Of a stretch of DNA of 58,460 bases, positions 20,201 through 34,199 are shown piece by piece. This stretch comes from Tubiluchus corallicola (taxonomy: Eukaryota; Animalia; Priapulida). The notes under the pieces were generated by a model. It was not told the origin of the DNA. It ran no database searches and was given only the letters and a program-made list of their open reading frames with translations. The stretch's first letter is position 1. Every line of letters begins with the position of its first letter. Made by a program: the position numbers and the translations under genes. The stretch covers positions 1 to 58,460 of the forward strand of contig JAQGDQ010001089.1 in assembly GCA_030141605.1 (NCBI GenBank), written 5' to 3'.

Positions 20201-23200
20201 AGTATCAAAATGACCCACGTGAAATAGAGATTCAGGATATGTGAATAACTAAAAAAGCTTAATTGCTGACTAATGGACGATTTTGCAATGCAAGCACACA
20301 TCACCTTTTGCTTTTGATGCTAGCTGTCCCGCTTCACCTTTAAACCATATCGTTCTTCCGTTGCTGTCTTTCGCTGTTTTCATCCCGGGCTGATAATAGC
20401 AGCGAAGCCACCTAGTAAATGCCGATGACTCTTCTCCAACTTCTGCCTCCGGATGAAGCCCTTTTCCCTCTATTAGATTACCAAATAAATGAATAAAAAA
20501 GTTACCAGTAATTAGAAAATGAACAAATATATACAGTCAACCTCGGATGTAAGGGATACTTCCGGACCGGAAAAAATCTTCCCTTATTTCCAATGTCCCT
20601 TATAGCTGAAGTTGAATCAGACCGAGGGTGTATCCAGACCTGTAATTTTCTGTACTTTTACCCATATTTTCATGGATTATTGCTACACATTCATTTCAAA
20701 TGGCATGTAGTAAGCTCCTTCGGTGATGTGAGATGTATGTGACCATGGAAACCGAGCTGTTCAAAGGCCGAGTTTGTGAAAAATTGAGGTTAAAAATCGA
20801 TCAATTTCGCTTTGATCATAGGGTCCCTTATATGCGAGGTAATTTACCTGGGTTCTATTACGCAGGATCTGAAGCTATCGTCCGTTATAACCGAAGTTTC
20901 CTTATATGCGAAGATTTTTACATAGGAAAACGTTACGAAAAATTGGGACCTGTGTTGGTGATCCCTTATAAGCGAGTGTCCGTTATATGCGAGTACCTTA
21001 TACCCGAGGTTGACTGTATTGCAATTAATTAGTCAATAAATAAGTAAATCGGTAAACGGGTCAATAAATCAATGAACGAATCAGTAAGTCACGACTCGAT
21101 ATATTCGATAAATATACGAGTAGGCTGTCCATCTGACAGTCAGGCTGCCAGTCCATTAGTAAAGTCAGTCAATCAGTCTGTCAGTCAGTCAGCTAGTCTG
21201 TTAATTAATCAATCGATCCATCAATTAATTAACCGATAAATGAAACCAAACAATCAATCATTCGGAAAAGCAATAAACTTACAAAAACGTTTACGACCAA
21301 GTAAGTAAGCAAGCAACAATCCAACCAAATGAAGAAACAGATAATTATTGCATAACTTTTCAGGGCAATAGCAGAAATCTTTGCTCCTGAACTGTTGCCA
21401 CGTGCAAAAAAGTGATCCAAAGATTCACATAAAAATAAACAGTCACTAGAATAAGTTCCACTTGAGAGGTATGAATGTGGTTTTGGAACTAGCACAGAAG
21501 ACACGAATGGAGTTTTGGAACTAACACAAAATTTCAGAATAAACGCAAAACAAGCAACGCCTGATTTCAAGTAAAAAAACAAAATTAGGTTAATTTCGTT
21601 TTATCATAACTCTTTTATTTAAAAAAAGAAATATATGCAAGAAGGTGTCCCTCTATTGGCAGGGAGTTGACTATATGTAAATAAAATTTGAATATATAAA
21701 GACATGTCACAGATATATATGTTATATATATATATATAAGGTTGACTGATAAAGTTACACAAATGCATACAGCATTAATTTCAAATTAAACAAAGCCAAC
21801 TGGCATACAATAGTAATACAGACTATATCGACATTAGGGGATTTTTATAGGCCAAATTTGTTTAACGGAAATTTTAATACCTCCACAAAGTTAAGTGGCA
21901 AATGACAGACACCAAAACAGACATACGAGTCAGTTAGCAATCTAAGTCGAACAAAGCTGGCTTACACCAGGGATGAGAATGACAAATTGCAAAAAACTCT
22001 GAAACAGGCCGTGGGTTTGGGGGTCGCGTAGGCCACCATGGGGGTTCAAGGGGGGCGAAGCCCCCTTGGAACCAGCAACAAATTGCAATTTTGTTACCAT
22101 AGAGAGCCTCTAAGTGGACTTAAAATATCAGTTACCTTGTTTCATGCATAATTTAAAATACTCAACTATCAAGGATACATGATACTTAATTGTCTCAAGT
22201 ACTGGCCCCTCCTATGCAAAAGTATATAAAAACTGTCTGCAATTGACTCAAACAACTCACATAATGCACAATTGATTCTATATTTTTATACATAGAGATA
22301 TACATGTGGTTACACTGATGTACGTGATGTAAGTGATGGCCTGCCAACTAGTGGTGTGAAATAATGTACTGAGTCCGTAAAAATTTTCTCAACGAATTTA
22401 CGCGATTTACAAAAATGGCACTACTGGTCTTCCAAAAACTCGGAATTCCGCGTATCTGCGGAAAATTCTCATCCCTGTTACACACATAATTAACACAGGG
22501 TTTAATTTCAGTTTCCTTTGTAAAATGAACAGGTAATTTAATCATGTTTAGTTAGACAGACATTTCATTTCACAGATACTGAATTTTACAGAATATGGCT
22601 GACTATATTTTGAAAAAACTAGATCTAAAATTTCCACTTACCAAGATGGATCACTTCCAGCGGAATTAAGTGACAGAAATCCAGAAAGTCGGGATTCTCT
22701 TTCTTAACAACACCGTCAGTTTTGCGGCCACCCTCTTCCTCATCCACGGACTTCAGTTTTTCGAGAACTGTCCGGGCACAACTGAAGGGTGGTACACCTG
22801 CCCTGTACAGGATCTCGGCGCGAAGGTAATTACCGATGCCATTAAAGTAGCTTTGATTGAGCATCACTTCACAAATAGGTTTGTTGAACAAAACATAGTC
22901 AAGTGATCCTAAGACGTTTTTTCTGTAAGAAAAAACTGATTATTAATGCAGGAGCCTCTCAAAATGATGTTAAAATTTAATGCATAAAAATATGAGGATG
23001 TGTTAATGATAATTTTGTTCTTCTACTATACAAAATATCCGGGGGGCATCTCCGTTTATTGTTAAGGGGTTGACTCAACATTTCTGATTGACAAATTTAT
23101 TACGATTATACATTTATTATATATGTGTGTTTGTATGCATGTATAATATATATATATAGATATATATAAATAAATTTGATCAGGGTTAGGGTTATTCCTT

Positions 23201-23889
23201 TTCTTCTGTGACTTTTTACCTGGATTCAAATCATCAAAATCCCTTAAAATTAAACATAACTGAAATAATTCATATTGTATGCATTTTTCCCAAGCATTCC
23301 CATCCTGAAATTGAAAATACTGCCAAAGCTTAACAAGACATGATCAATCTTGTTCAGTAAATAAAATTTACGAGATAAATTATTGTTGAAAAATTTTTGT
23401 CAGCAGACTTGGAAATAAATAATCATTTTGCTAAGTATACCTAAACAAGCTGTATTCGAACATCGGATCTGGACCGCGTTCTGTGGACCATTGGTCACTG
23501 ATGCTCCATCGCCCAAAACGCCGGACATCCACAAAGCTAAGTACCATTGATTTGTCTTTTGTGTAGAACATGAGGTGTGCATGCTTATGTAGTTTGTCAG
23601 AAGAGGTAAATTCAAATCGACCTGACATGCCAAAGCGAAATAACAATGAGAGAGTTTGATTTCGCTGAAGAGATTTCTTTGCTTTTGAACAACAAACTAA
23701 ATTAATTAAATTAAGCATCAATTCCTTGCCACGTGTGACTGCATTAATGCTGTATTCATCAACGTCCCAATCTATTTCTGGATTCTTTGCGTTTACAACC
23801 GATTTTACAGGATTTCCCGAAAACACTCTGTTTCTGCATTCATTGTTAATAACCTGGCTGGCCAGGTACAGCTCTGGTCCTTCTGGCAT
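17297..23889 (-). CDS. NEIL1: Endonuclease VIII-like 1 DNA glycosylase (418 aa); exons 23441-23889, 22642-22922, 20305-20469, 19246-19343, 17297-17560
   Basis: Catalytic N-terminus MPEGPEL, RGKEL, FRFGMSG, DVRRFG, H2TH motif LNQSYFNGIGNYLRAEILYR, zincless finger WLRCY..GM...KDSNGRTIWF, basic disordered tail. Splice phases 2,1,1,0 are consistent and total 1257 nt. The last two exons are less conserved. Confidence 0.95.
17719..18225. mobile_element. Dispersed repeat family C; other copies at ~19645-20300, ~36150-37140 (reverse, partly duplicated) and ~38700-39000
   Basis: Shared blocks such as GGATATGTGAATAACTAGAAAAGCTTAATTG and CTGCACCTCAACTTCAATGTGG recur in four introns. Confidence 0.7.
18527..19064 (+). 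mobile_element. Non-autonomous TTAA-targeting (Kolobok-like) MITE family A, copy 1
   Basis: TTAA|AGGAAAACCAGACGATTG ... CAATCGTCCAGTCTTCCT|CTAA; colinear with 40233-40762 and 51320-51968. Confidence 0.8.
20534..21016. mobile_element. Tc1/mariner(pogo)-type MITE
   Basis: TA|CAGTCAACCTCGG ... CCGAGGTTGACTG|TA terminal inverted repeats with TA duplication, and subterminal CTTATA repeats. Confidence 0.85.
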
Positions 23890-25785
23890 TGCAGATCTGT
23901 ATTTGGTTAAAACGTTGTAAAAGTGAAAAAGAATTAAGAAAAGAAAATCACGATAGAAACTGGCTTTTAACTTGAACGCAAAAAGCATGAAACGCGTACG
24001 CCGCCATATTACCGAGGTAGTAGTGTCATCTACAGGCGGGACAGCTAAATATTTCTTTTTCAAGTGCAGTTTGTTTGCGCATAATGCCCTCTAACAACGA
24101 GTGCTTTATTTAAACATCGCATCGGTGTCGGAAAACGCAAAAAACTGACGAACTACCAAAAAAGCAACAGCAGCATCATCAATAACTAAGCAAACTACTA
24201 GTTTTGCCTTGATAATAACGTGTTGAATTATAATTTCTACTCACAATAGAAAAAGTAATGAAAATTTTTGTTTTGTAAATTTAAAATGCGGAGCTTTGTT
24301 TGTAATTTCAGCAGTCTGTAGATGTCAGGAAGTTGGTCAGGTCACCTATTATTTGGCATGGTATATGGCACCCTATGGAATAATTATGGTTCCATCAGAA
24401 CTCCAAATACAAATAATTGTATTAATGAATGGGGAGATTTTATTTTTTCTAGTGATAATTTAGCCACCATTTACAGACTATTAAAGCAAACAAATATGTT
24501 CTCCAACATGCATTGTAATATGTTAATTAGCATAAAACTCTTGCTAATCATGCAAAATACTGCCAATCCTGTCACAAATCATAGCTGATGCTGAATAATG
24601 GTCAGACCTCCTTGCAGCTGCTAATAAATTTGGATAATGGATTTTGCTGTGCTGACAGTGTTACCCAACACTGTTCAATAACATATGTGTTTGTGGAAAA
24701 TGTTTTGTCAAATTAAATATTAATTGTTAATTAAATGTCGCAACGAAATGCATGCAAATTTTTCCAGAAACTGTTAGACAATTATAATATAATAGTTTAT
24801 TGTGGATATTATGGCATGTACAAATTGAATTTTGAACTAGGACAAATCTGAATTACACATTATATAATTATTTAAAAATACCACTGATGAAATAAGGATT
24901 CAAGATAATGATATATACAATGATATTTAATGATTAAGATAACGTTATACACGTGCAAGAACAGCAACTATGGTGAGAAATAAAAAACTCAATTTTATAT
25001 ATTGAAAGGTAATTTGCAGTCTCAGTTTCTTTCAATGACATTTCATTAATACAGAATTGTTTGAACGCAAATGCTAATATGTCATTTTCAATCAAATGTA
25101 AGTTGATTGGAGACAATGAAAGCTTAACATACTGCAATTTTCATTACAGACATTAAAATTTGAAACGTAAAACAGATGATACAAGTTCTAAAAGAACACG
25201 AATAATAAAACACCAAATTGCATTCAATTCACCACATCCATAGTTTGTGCTTCTACATTTCATGAAAACATTCTGACAATTGAGCCTTTATTAGCGTATT
25301 AACGTAGTTTTGCTTACTACTTTACTTTTGTATAACTTTACGATACTTGCAACTACACAGGTGGTTATTACAAAGCTTACATGAAAGACTTTGCTTGTAT
25401 GAGATATGATATTACTGTATGATGTAAAAAAAATTATAGTTTACTACCTTGCATTGAATGTTGTTATTGTACTGAATATGATAAAAATAAAGTTCAAAAT
25501 TTCAAAAAGTTACTATATATAAACTAATTCTTATTGCTGCATAACTTGCCAAGCTAAACAGTAAATGTTTTTTGGTGAAAAATATCCCAGTTCCATTGCT
25601 GTTTGAGGCATCGCACCAGCCTACTTGATAGGTTGATTTAAAGACTTACTAATCTGTTTTAATCACAATGAATGCAAACCAAAAAGTCATAGCTCTTTAA
25701 CTGTAGCCACTACATCCAAGTGGCTGGTAAATTATGTAAGACAACAAAAATATGGACCTGATGATATACATAATTAAGAATATGC

Positions 25786-26200
25786 TCATATCTCGGTTTG
25801 CCGGACAAAAGCATGGTGATATCAGTCCGAATTTGCCAATTGTCCGCATTTACTGATACTAAACTAATACAATAGATGCTGTGAATTAGACTCATGGTAA
25901 TGTAAAATCAAACCACTAATTGTCTCAAAAATGTCTACCGGCCACGCCTGTGCAAAGATATATAAAAACTGTTGGCAATTGACTCAAATAACTCCACATA
26001 ATTGATTCTGCATTTTTATACATAGAGATATACACGTGGTTACACTGATGTAATGATGTAAACAAAGTGAAGGCCCACCAACTAGCGGTCAACTCGCAAA
26101 ATAATGGATTGTGTCCTATCATGCGGGACCTTTAATAGACAAGACCTTGCCCGAATTTTCCAATATTCGTAAAAGCGAGGTCTGGCAAACCGAGATGTGA
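25786..26200. mobile_element. MITE family E; further copies at 37209-37639 and a fragment at ~22210-22350
   Basis: TCATATCTCGGTTTGCC ... GGCAAACCGAGATGTGA inverted ends; three homologous interiors in the window. Confidence 0.7.
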
Positions 26201-27096
26201 TTCTACTTCACACATCTGGATGTTACGAAAGTTAACCAAAACTGTGAAGTTTGAATTCTTCTAGACATCTGAGATCTCAAACAGATGACACATAAAGTAA
26301 GGGTTTTTTGTCTTAAGCAGTCTAACATTACATCTAGGGTTACCATACGTCCGGGTTCCCCGGACACGTCCTCTTTTTGGGCCTCTGTCCGAGCGGGTTT
26401 TCAAAAAATCAGCAGTTTGTCCGGGTTTTGCCTCAATCCGTAAGTATGTACGGACATTGCCAACTGCAGAGGCGTATGACAGTATGAGACAAAGAAAAGC
26501 TCGTTAATTTTCAATACAAGATGCTGCTAGAATCTCAAAATACTACCGTTGTAACAGCTTTGTGTGCATATTTACTGAACAAAAGTAAGCGATGCGCACA
26601 TCACTATGGGTCACACGACTCACACTGCTGTCGATACTCGGCGTATTAGCTGACGACTTAAAATGAGGTCAGCTTCCGGGAGCCATTTTGTTTGTTTTTA
26701 TGTGAATTTCTTTAAATTTGTATAGTTTCGCTGTTTTGAGCATAACAGGTAAAAGTTAATTAGAAAGTAGCAATGCTGAAACGACAGTGTGCATTTGCAG
26801 ATGAAATGAAGGCCAAGTACCCGTGTCCTCTTTTTCAATATGGGAACTCTAATAACATCATACGCGTTTTTTTCCAAATTTTCCTTTTTCACACAGTTTT
26901 GCATTCAGCATTCGTGATGCGAAAAGAAGTTGTTACTAATGCCTTTGTCAGCATGACAAACCGTTTGAACTGTTTGTTGCTGTGAAATCTTATGATCCTT
27001 GTGTTCCAAGAGCAATCTGTCATTCCACACAAGTTTGCGAATCACGAAAACACAATCCACAGAAAGTCTGCAATGTACAATGGGTATATTTGGTAT

Positions 27097-28217
27097 CTAG
27101 AAAGCAAATCGCGTGCGAATGTCTTCAAGTTTTTTCGACACCTCGCTAGTGTTTCGGTCCAGTTCTTCTGCGATCACTTTCTGTTTTGATGCTTCAAGAG
27201 AGTTGAACTGTTCACATAGATCTCCATCGATACAACCTTTGACAGGAAAGTAATACGACCTGAAACACAGGACAGTTGCACATTATCGAAATTTCGCATC
27301 AGGGTCCCCACAGAATTTTGAAATAAATTTCCCTGACTTTTCCCTGACCAAATATTAATTTTCCATGACCAAGATGAATAGAAATTGCATTCCAGCATAC
27401 ATATCCAAACATTTTTGTGTATGGACATTCATAAATATACTGATACATAATGTGTCCACCGAACATTATGTTTGGAACAGAAATTGAAACTATGAGCCTG
27501 CCATAACAAAATTTTATTTGAACACTAATCGCTGAAAAATGTGTTAGGAAAATTATCAGTTCATGGCGATTACGTTTGCAGCCATTTCCACCTTCCCTGA
27601 CTTTTTGCCCCATTTTCATAAACATTCCCTGACTTTTACGAAATTATCCTTTTCCCTGACTTTTCCAGTACTTCCGTATGTGTGTGAACACTGAGATGGT
27701 CATTAGAAATCCATTTGTGCCAAAAAATATTTTAAAAACAGTAAATCTTTCTAGTGTACTTTAGTTTTTGTATCAATTTACAGCGTTTCTCAATTGAAAC
27801 ATTGCAGTAGCACAACAGATAATGATTTGTGTCCCTAAAGTACAGGAAAATCCTTAACGAAGCCAAGACAATATAACACAAAAAGTGATCTGTTAACGTT
27901 AAATCTAAAAATACTGTTCCTATGGCACGATCAAAGGAAAGGTAGCTATAATATAGGGAATGCTACGGGGTAGCACAATGACAATGCACTTAACGGCTAT
28001 TGTTGCTATTGGCTGTAGCAAATTTAGCAATCATTTAACTCATTTAAATGTAACTTTTGCTTGAGCAAGCTCAACAATGAGGATCATATCGACATTTCAA
28101 AACCCGCGTTGTCTGCTAATTTGATGAAATTTGTAATCGAAGTTTCATTCGTCATTAAAATGTAATATTAAGCACAAAGTGCAAACTGTATGAGGCAAAC
28201 TACATGTAGTAGCAGTT

Positions 28218-28277
<60 letters not shown>

Positions 28278-28298
28278 TAGGTAGCAGTAGTGGTAGTG

Positions 28299-28388
<90 letters not shown>

Positions 28389-31300
28389 ATATCATCATCA
28401 TTGCCATCATCATCATCAACATCATTGTTATTTTAACTTTAATATAAACACTTATTGTAGAAGAGTTGAAAAAGTGGAACATTATTGGAAAAGTTGTAAT
28501 TTGACAGTTTTAATGTCTATAATACCAAGAATAATAATATATAGATGATTTTAAAACTTTTTCATATTTCATAATGTACAAAAGAAAAAAATACCTGTAG
28601 GACAAGTGATCTCTTCCACAAAGAGGTGGATATTCAGCGCGCATGTGCATTTCAAGATGTTGGAAGAAGTCGTGGTCCTCGTGAGACGTAAACGGCACCA
28701 GCATACCAATGGTTCCAGACAGCGTCGTGTATACAAGAGATTCTGATCCACCCGGAATGAGCGTGGCCTTCTGCAGAGACAAAACCGCCTCGCCGATGTG
28801 GAACGAAATGCAAATCTCCGCTTTCTGTGATGCGGCGTTGCACCATCCTCGGTCCCACAGAGATCGGTTTCCTGTGGGGTCCTCGTCAACTTCGTCGTTG
28901 ACCTCGGAAGACAATCGGATCACGACGATGTTGCCGAACTTGTCTGCTCCCGCAACTGTGTTATAATCCAGCAAGGAGCCACACGTTATCCAGCGCGGAT
29001 ATGTGTCATCCGCGTAAATGATCAACTGATTCTCTTCACGGCGGTACCGCACAAAGTGAAAACTTTCTTGCACATCGCACACAACGATGCGATTGCCCAT
29101 GGTCAAGATTTGCACGACCATGTTCGGAATGTGTTTGTTCTCACATTTTCGCAGCATCTTCTTCTTGCCTAAGTCGTAGATTCTCAGCAAGTGACCGACA
29201 CCGATCAAAACTCTACCCTGGAAGGGCGTAATGGCTAACGGTAGGTCTTCAACTGGAGTTTTATGGAGCAGCTCCAGCTTGTGGTCATCTGTAAACCGGT
29301 ATGCAAGGAGAAAACCACCATTACATTGTCGAGGACTCAATGACATTTCTTTGGCTATGCCGATCAAGATGATCGATTCATCGGGCGTAACACTGAACTT
29401 ACACAAAGCAATACTAAAAGCAGCTTCATTCTGTTCCAGTTGGATTTTCTGAATTGTGTCTCCGGTAATCGGATTAAGAATGCGAATATTTGAAGCCCAC
29501 ATTCCTGGTCCCGCTTTGGGAGAGCTGAAAACGTTTTCCGGTAGGTCTTCGTTCATGAACGCTTGGGCCATTTCATCGGCCAACTCTTTTTCCTCGTCTC
29601 CGGCTGCTTCCTTCATTTCTTCGGCCATTTGTTCTTTCCTGATCTTTTTTGTCAACTCGGTGTAGCTATTGTGATCTGTTTCAAGGATTACCAAGTTACC
29701 AGTTTCTGGATGAATCACGAATTTCCTTGGCGTGTACTGCAACGGAAACGAAACCTGGTTGAAAACGGCGCCAAGCTTCTCCAGAGCCAAGATACGAAGC
29801 GTGTTAGCAGAAATGGCTACGATACCTTCAGGACACTGTTCCGATGCAAAACCGGAAGCGTACTCCAGTGGATCGTATGAGAGCGGAGTAAGGTGAAAGC
29901 GTGACTGGTAAGTATAGCTCAACCAAGTGCGGCTAGAAACAGCCAAAACGGCTTCGTTTCCCTGCATCTTCAGCCTAAACAATTTCACTGGTCTGGAACC
30001 CAGATAACGTGTCCTGGTATCTGAAAGATCGCCAGTGACTGCATCAAGGACCGTCCGCAACAAGACGCCATTCTGCAAACCAATGTTGAGGAACAATTGC
30101 CCCTGCGTTGCAGATTCCTCTTCTGTCGCCTCCGTGCTTCCCATTTCTACGATACATAGAGATTCGGGGGGTGCAGGAAGGGCCTGCATACTGAGAGGAG
30201 ACAAGCAATCTGAGGGATCCAAGGAGATGATTCGAACTGTGTTGTCTGACAAGCCAACTGCCAGAAACCTGGATCGCTGCTCTCCACTTGGCACACTAGC
30301 CAAAGACATGCAAATTACGTCAGATGACATCTCCTTTCGTTCGGTGTACTCGTTCAGCTGTCCAGTAGGATCCATTTCGAAGTAAACTAATTCTCCGCCT
30401 GTAAGTGCAATGACCACCTGCCGCTGATTGACCGCACATTTCACGATCGTCTTTTTCCCGGGGGATTTCCACTCATTGACTCGCTTGTCGGCTCGGATGT
30501 GGCGAATGCCGTCTGGATATACTTGAATTAGGGCATCGTCACCCAGCTGCGAACAGGACAGGGTCGGTGTGGTTCCAAGAAAACCAGAATCGGTAACTTC
30601 CTCAACTGTCTCACCGATTGACAGTACAAGGGTAGCATTGACGAAAGATACCACGATGTAAGCATCATACTCTTCTTCTACTGTCTTCCGTACGGTCCAC
30701 ACGGCATTGGGATTACCTGGCAATTCTGAAACGGCCATTTCTGTAACTTCAAGTCCGTGGCGAAGAACTCGCAGTGACGACCTGGGGCCTCGTCCGCACA
30801 AGGTATATAATTGGGGTGTGTCTTCGTTGGCAAGATCGGCAATCTGACAAGTCATGATTGGTGACAAGCTATCCAGTTCGTCGACGAGAACCAAATTTCT
30901 TAACTGTCGTGGTGCAAAGAAGAATGTATCCCCTTCCTCGATGGGAAGAGCACTAGAAAATTCGGGTTCGTCGTCGTTGTCGCCTAAAGAAGTTATTTGG
31001 TAAAGGTAATGGTTGCCAAATTCTGAAGCAATAAAAAGAAACCCGGTTCTTAGGACACACATTGATGCAGCAACAGGAACAGTATCAAAGTACTTTATTC
31101 GGATTTCTGTCACCATATCTTCATCGGTTTCCAGCGTTATCTTAAATATGTCACCCTGTTCGGTCTGTGCTAAGAAAAAGAACATGGATTTTGTCTTGTG
31201 CGTTGCCGAGCAAACAAATATCATTCCCCTTTCAGGATCGTCCAAATCGTTTCGCCTGTGTGGAATGGGCATTCTGATGTCTGGTTGATCCCCTAAGTTC

Positions 31301-32076
31301 TTATAGGTGACGTAGTTCTCAGAGCAAATCAACACACCACTTGGACCATCGTTGCCACCTGGTACAGAAATGAGGAAGTTCCCATGTTCCTCCAATGGCT
31401 CGCTGTACTTGCGCACGACGTGATTTAATCCGAGATCTAATTCATAGTAAGTAAGAGTCTGTTGTGTGGCTTGCGCAGCTTCTCCCGTCGGATCGTGATC
31501 AGCTTCTTCATAATCAATTTCCAGACATGCGAACATGGGATTCTCAAAACCGACGTCTACGCCAACAGAATGGTACATAAGCGTGTTTGACTTGTGCGCC
31601 TCTAGTGGAGAGGAGATCGTCAACCGTGCTTGTGCGTCCCTGTTCAGAATATAGACAAGCTTCTGTTTTTCCACAGCCCCTATCAGAACAGCACGCCCCT
31701 TGGGATCAATAGCCAGGTATTGTCCAGGGACGATCCTTCTGCATCCGCTCTTGCCGAAAGTTTCTTGGTGGATTTTTTCGAAAATATTCTTCTGTGGTTG
31801 GTACTCAAGAATGACGATTCTTCCAGAATCCGAGCCGACAACAACATAATCCTTGTTGCCACCTGTAAGTCTGAATGCCATCAGCGATCGGACGATACCG
31901 AAGACTTCAATGCCCAACAACGTATGAATCTTTCCGGTATTTGCGTCCGGTCTCATGAGTTCCAGGATCTTGCCACGAGACACCACAATTTCTTGCTGTT
32001 TAGTTCCAGAAAAATTGCCGTGGACGGCATGGGTTATGCCGGTTGCGCGCTGCAAAGTAAGATTGTACAGATACAT
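27097..32076 (-). CDS. SF3B3: Splicing factor 3B subunit 3 (SAP130/Rse1), 1214 aa; coding exons 28595-32076 and 27097-27259
   Basis: The long ORF begins MYLYNLTLQRATGI and matches SF3B3 throughout. A donor at AG|GTAT (28594) joins acceptor TTTCAG|G (27259) and restores the conserved C-terminus [28 protein letters not shown]...EVSKKLEDIRTRFAF*. The ORF-track tail after 28595 is intron read-through. Confidence 0.98.
27300..27693. mobile_element. CAGGG-terminated (hAT-like) non-autonomous element in the SF3B3 intron; second copy at ~50257-50645
   Basis: CAGGGTCCCCACAG ... TGTGTGAACACTG with TTTTCCCTGAC subterminal repeats; dispersed duplicate present. Confidence 0.6.
28205..28420. repeat. (GTA)n / (ATC)n microsatellite in the SF3B3 intron
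   Basis: Read directly. Confidence 0.9.
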
Positions 32077-33054
32077 CTCGGTGAGTGTCAGTTGTTGGAA
32101 ATTTACCTGAAAAATGAACGATAAACTTGTAGCAGTGGCGCTAAACAGAAGCTAACAGCGCCACCTATGTTGGGTTATGGTAAATATTATAGACAATTAT
32201 TTTCTCAGCAGTCAAATTGGCACTTATTAGCTATAACTAAAAGCCCTGGAAATGTATTCAAATTCATAATACATTTAAGCTAAAACATTGAAATTTGTTT
32301 TATACAGCAGGTAGTGTAAAAACTGTATGAATTACGAACTTGAAACTATGAAATTTATTTCAAACATAATAATATACATATATAGTATATGTTATCATGC
32401 CACACATATACGTATTTCTGATAGTCACTACGTGCGGATAGCATTACAAGATAGATTGCTACAATGTAAATCAAATTACAACAAAATAATCCGCAAAACA
32501 CTAGCTTGGACAGGTCAGTGCCTGAAATGACCGATTACTTTTAAAAATTCTGCTAATACTGGTAACACGTCCACACACTACACTGTACAGTAAACTAATC
32601 TGGAAATACAAGCACAAGTTCATAATGATCATACAACGTGCAAACAAATACTGTTCCATATACCTCTTGGCTTTGAGAGCAGATGCAGATAAGTGAGTAA
32701 ACAGTTACAGATCATGTGTAGAAAAACACAGCTATTATGCAACTGTAGCTATTAAATAAGACCTAATGATTACTAACATAAAGAGGTAACTATTAATTTA
32801 TATTGAATTAATTAAGACTTTAATACTGGTGACAAGCAAAGGAAAACTGAAAAGATACTAACGGTAATACTTAGAGATATAATTAATCTTTATATATTAA
32901 GAAAATATGATCTTTTGCATTTGCATTTTCTATGGGTAATCTTTGGTTATATGGTTAACCTATAATAAAGGCAAATAACAAAACCAAAATTATGTGGTAA
33001 GGTTTCGGTGATTGTAGGGAAATAATTAGTCACATATAGAAATTTTTGTATATA

Positions 33055-33567
33055 CAGTGTTCCGTTCCAGGCCCACCTGAAATAAGTGAATTTCCGCGAA
33101 GTAGGGAACCGCTTAGGTTCGCTGCCAGAAACTGTAGAAGTTGCAGAACGTTTGGGCGGCATCGCAGGGCTTGAAAAAATTCAGTCTCTAACGAAAATTT
33201 CACAAATAGCGTACACAATACTGCAGATGAAAACTACGCACACGCGACAAGTAGCATCTCTAGCGGGCGCCGAATAAATATCTAGTGTAAATGGTACTTT
33301 TTAATAATTTATAACATTCTTTTAATGTTAGAATTAAGATTTTTAATATATTTTTATACATTTTGTGATTTTTTATGCAAATTCATCAAATCTATACATT
33401 ACTGTACAATACGTACTATGCATGTGCAAAAATACTTTAGACGGAGTACCGCAAAAACCCATGAAAAAATGAAAATACCGCGATAAATATTTTACATTAA
33501 CATTTTCGAAAACCCGCGAAACAGCGAGTCCGCGATAAACGAACCGCGAAGTAGCGAGGGAACACTT
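33055..33567. mobile_element. Degenerate Tc1/mariner(pogo)-type MITE
   Basis: TA|CAGTGTTCC ... CCGCGAAGTAGCGAGGGAACACT with repeated CCGCGA subterminal motifs. Confidence 0.6.
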
Positions 33568-34199
33568 TATACATATATGTATTGCAATATATAACCTTGA
33601 GGATTTGGAAGAAAACTGAAGCTTAAAAAAGTAGCAAACAATAGAATTTCAACTTATAAAATTCCGTTCCCACGTCAATGTTAGTGTTACTTTTACTTTC
33701 AGATAAACACCAATAACTGACCAGGTACCGGAAACTATAACAAGTATAAGTACATATATAAAGTAAAGATATCTGCTAGTATGGAAAGTGTGTAAATGAC
33801 CACTTGGTCGTGCACTCCCCTCACACAACATAAAATTTCCCATTGTCTATAATACTGTTGTAACTGTGTAATATTATTAGGTGTGAAATAAATTCCATAG
33901 TTTAATAAATTTTTCATACAAGTGGGACAAGACACATTGTGCGAGTAAAAGGCTTTCTTATAGTCGCTTTGTCTTTTCTGCTGGTGCATTTTAAAACGCG
34001 TTTAGTACATTACAATAACAGCTGACGAAATTCAAATGTATACTAGTATATGAAGGAGTTGGAAAATTCGCACCTGTGTTTCTATTTGAAGTTATTCTCG
34101 GATGAATAAAGTGGACAAATAAAAGTATTTAAACGTTCGTAATAACTCTCAACCATAAACTGACTAAAGCAGAAATAACCTTGCCGTGCGCTAACAAAC

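Noticed and set aside
23890-24063. N-terminal extension of the NEIL1 ORF
   Set aside because: NEIL1 needs the catalytic Pro2 at the N-terminus, so the true start is the ATG at 23889.
26336-26700. hAT-like terminus TAGGGTTACCATACGTCC (and a TCGAAT-rich element at ~2309-2712)
   Set aside because: Only one recognisable end or degenerate ends and no TSD, so not delimited as features.
28510-28594. C-terminal tail of the 1188-aa SF3B3 ORF
   Set aside because: Intron read-through; the conserved C-terminus is in exon 27097-27259.
28569-32124. Antisense and alternative-frame ORFs over SF3B3
   Set aside because: Shadow ORFs of a long coding exon.
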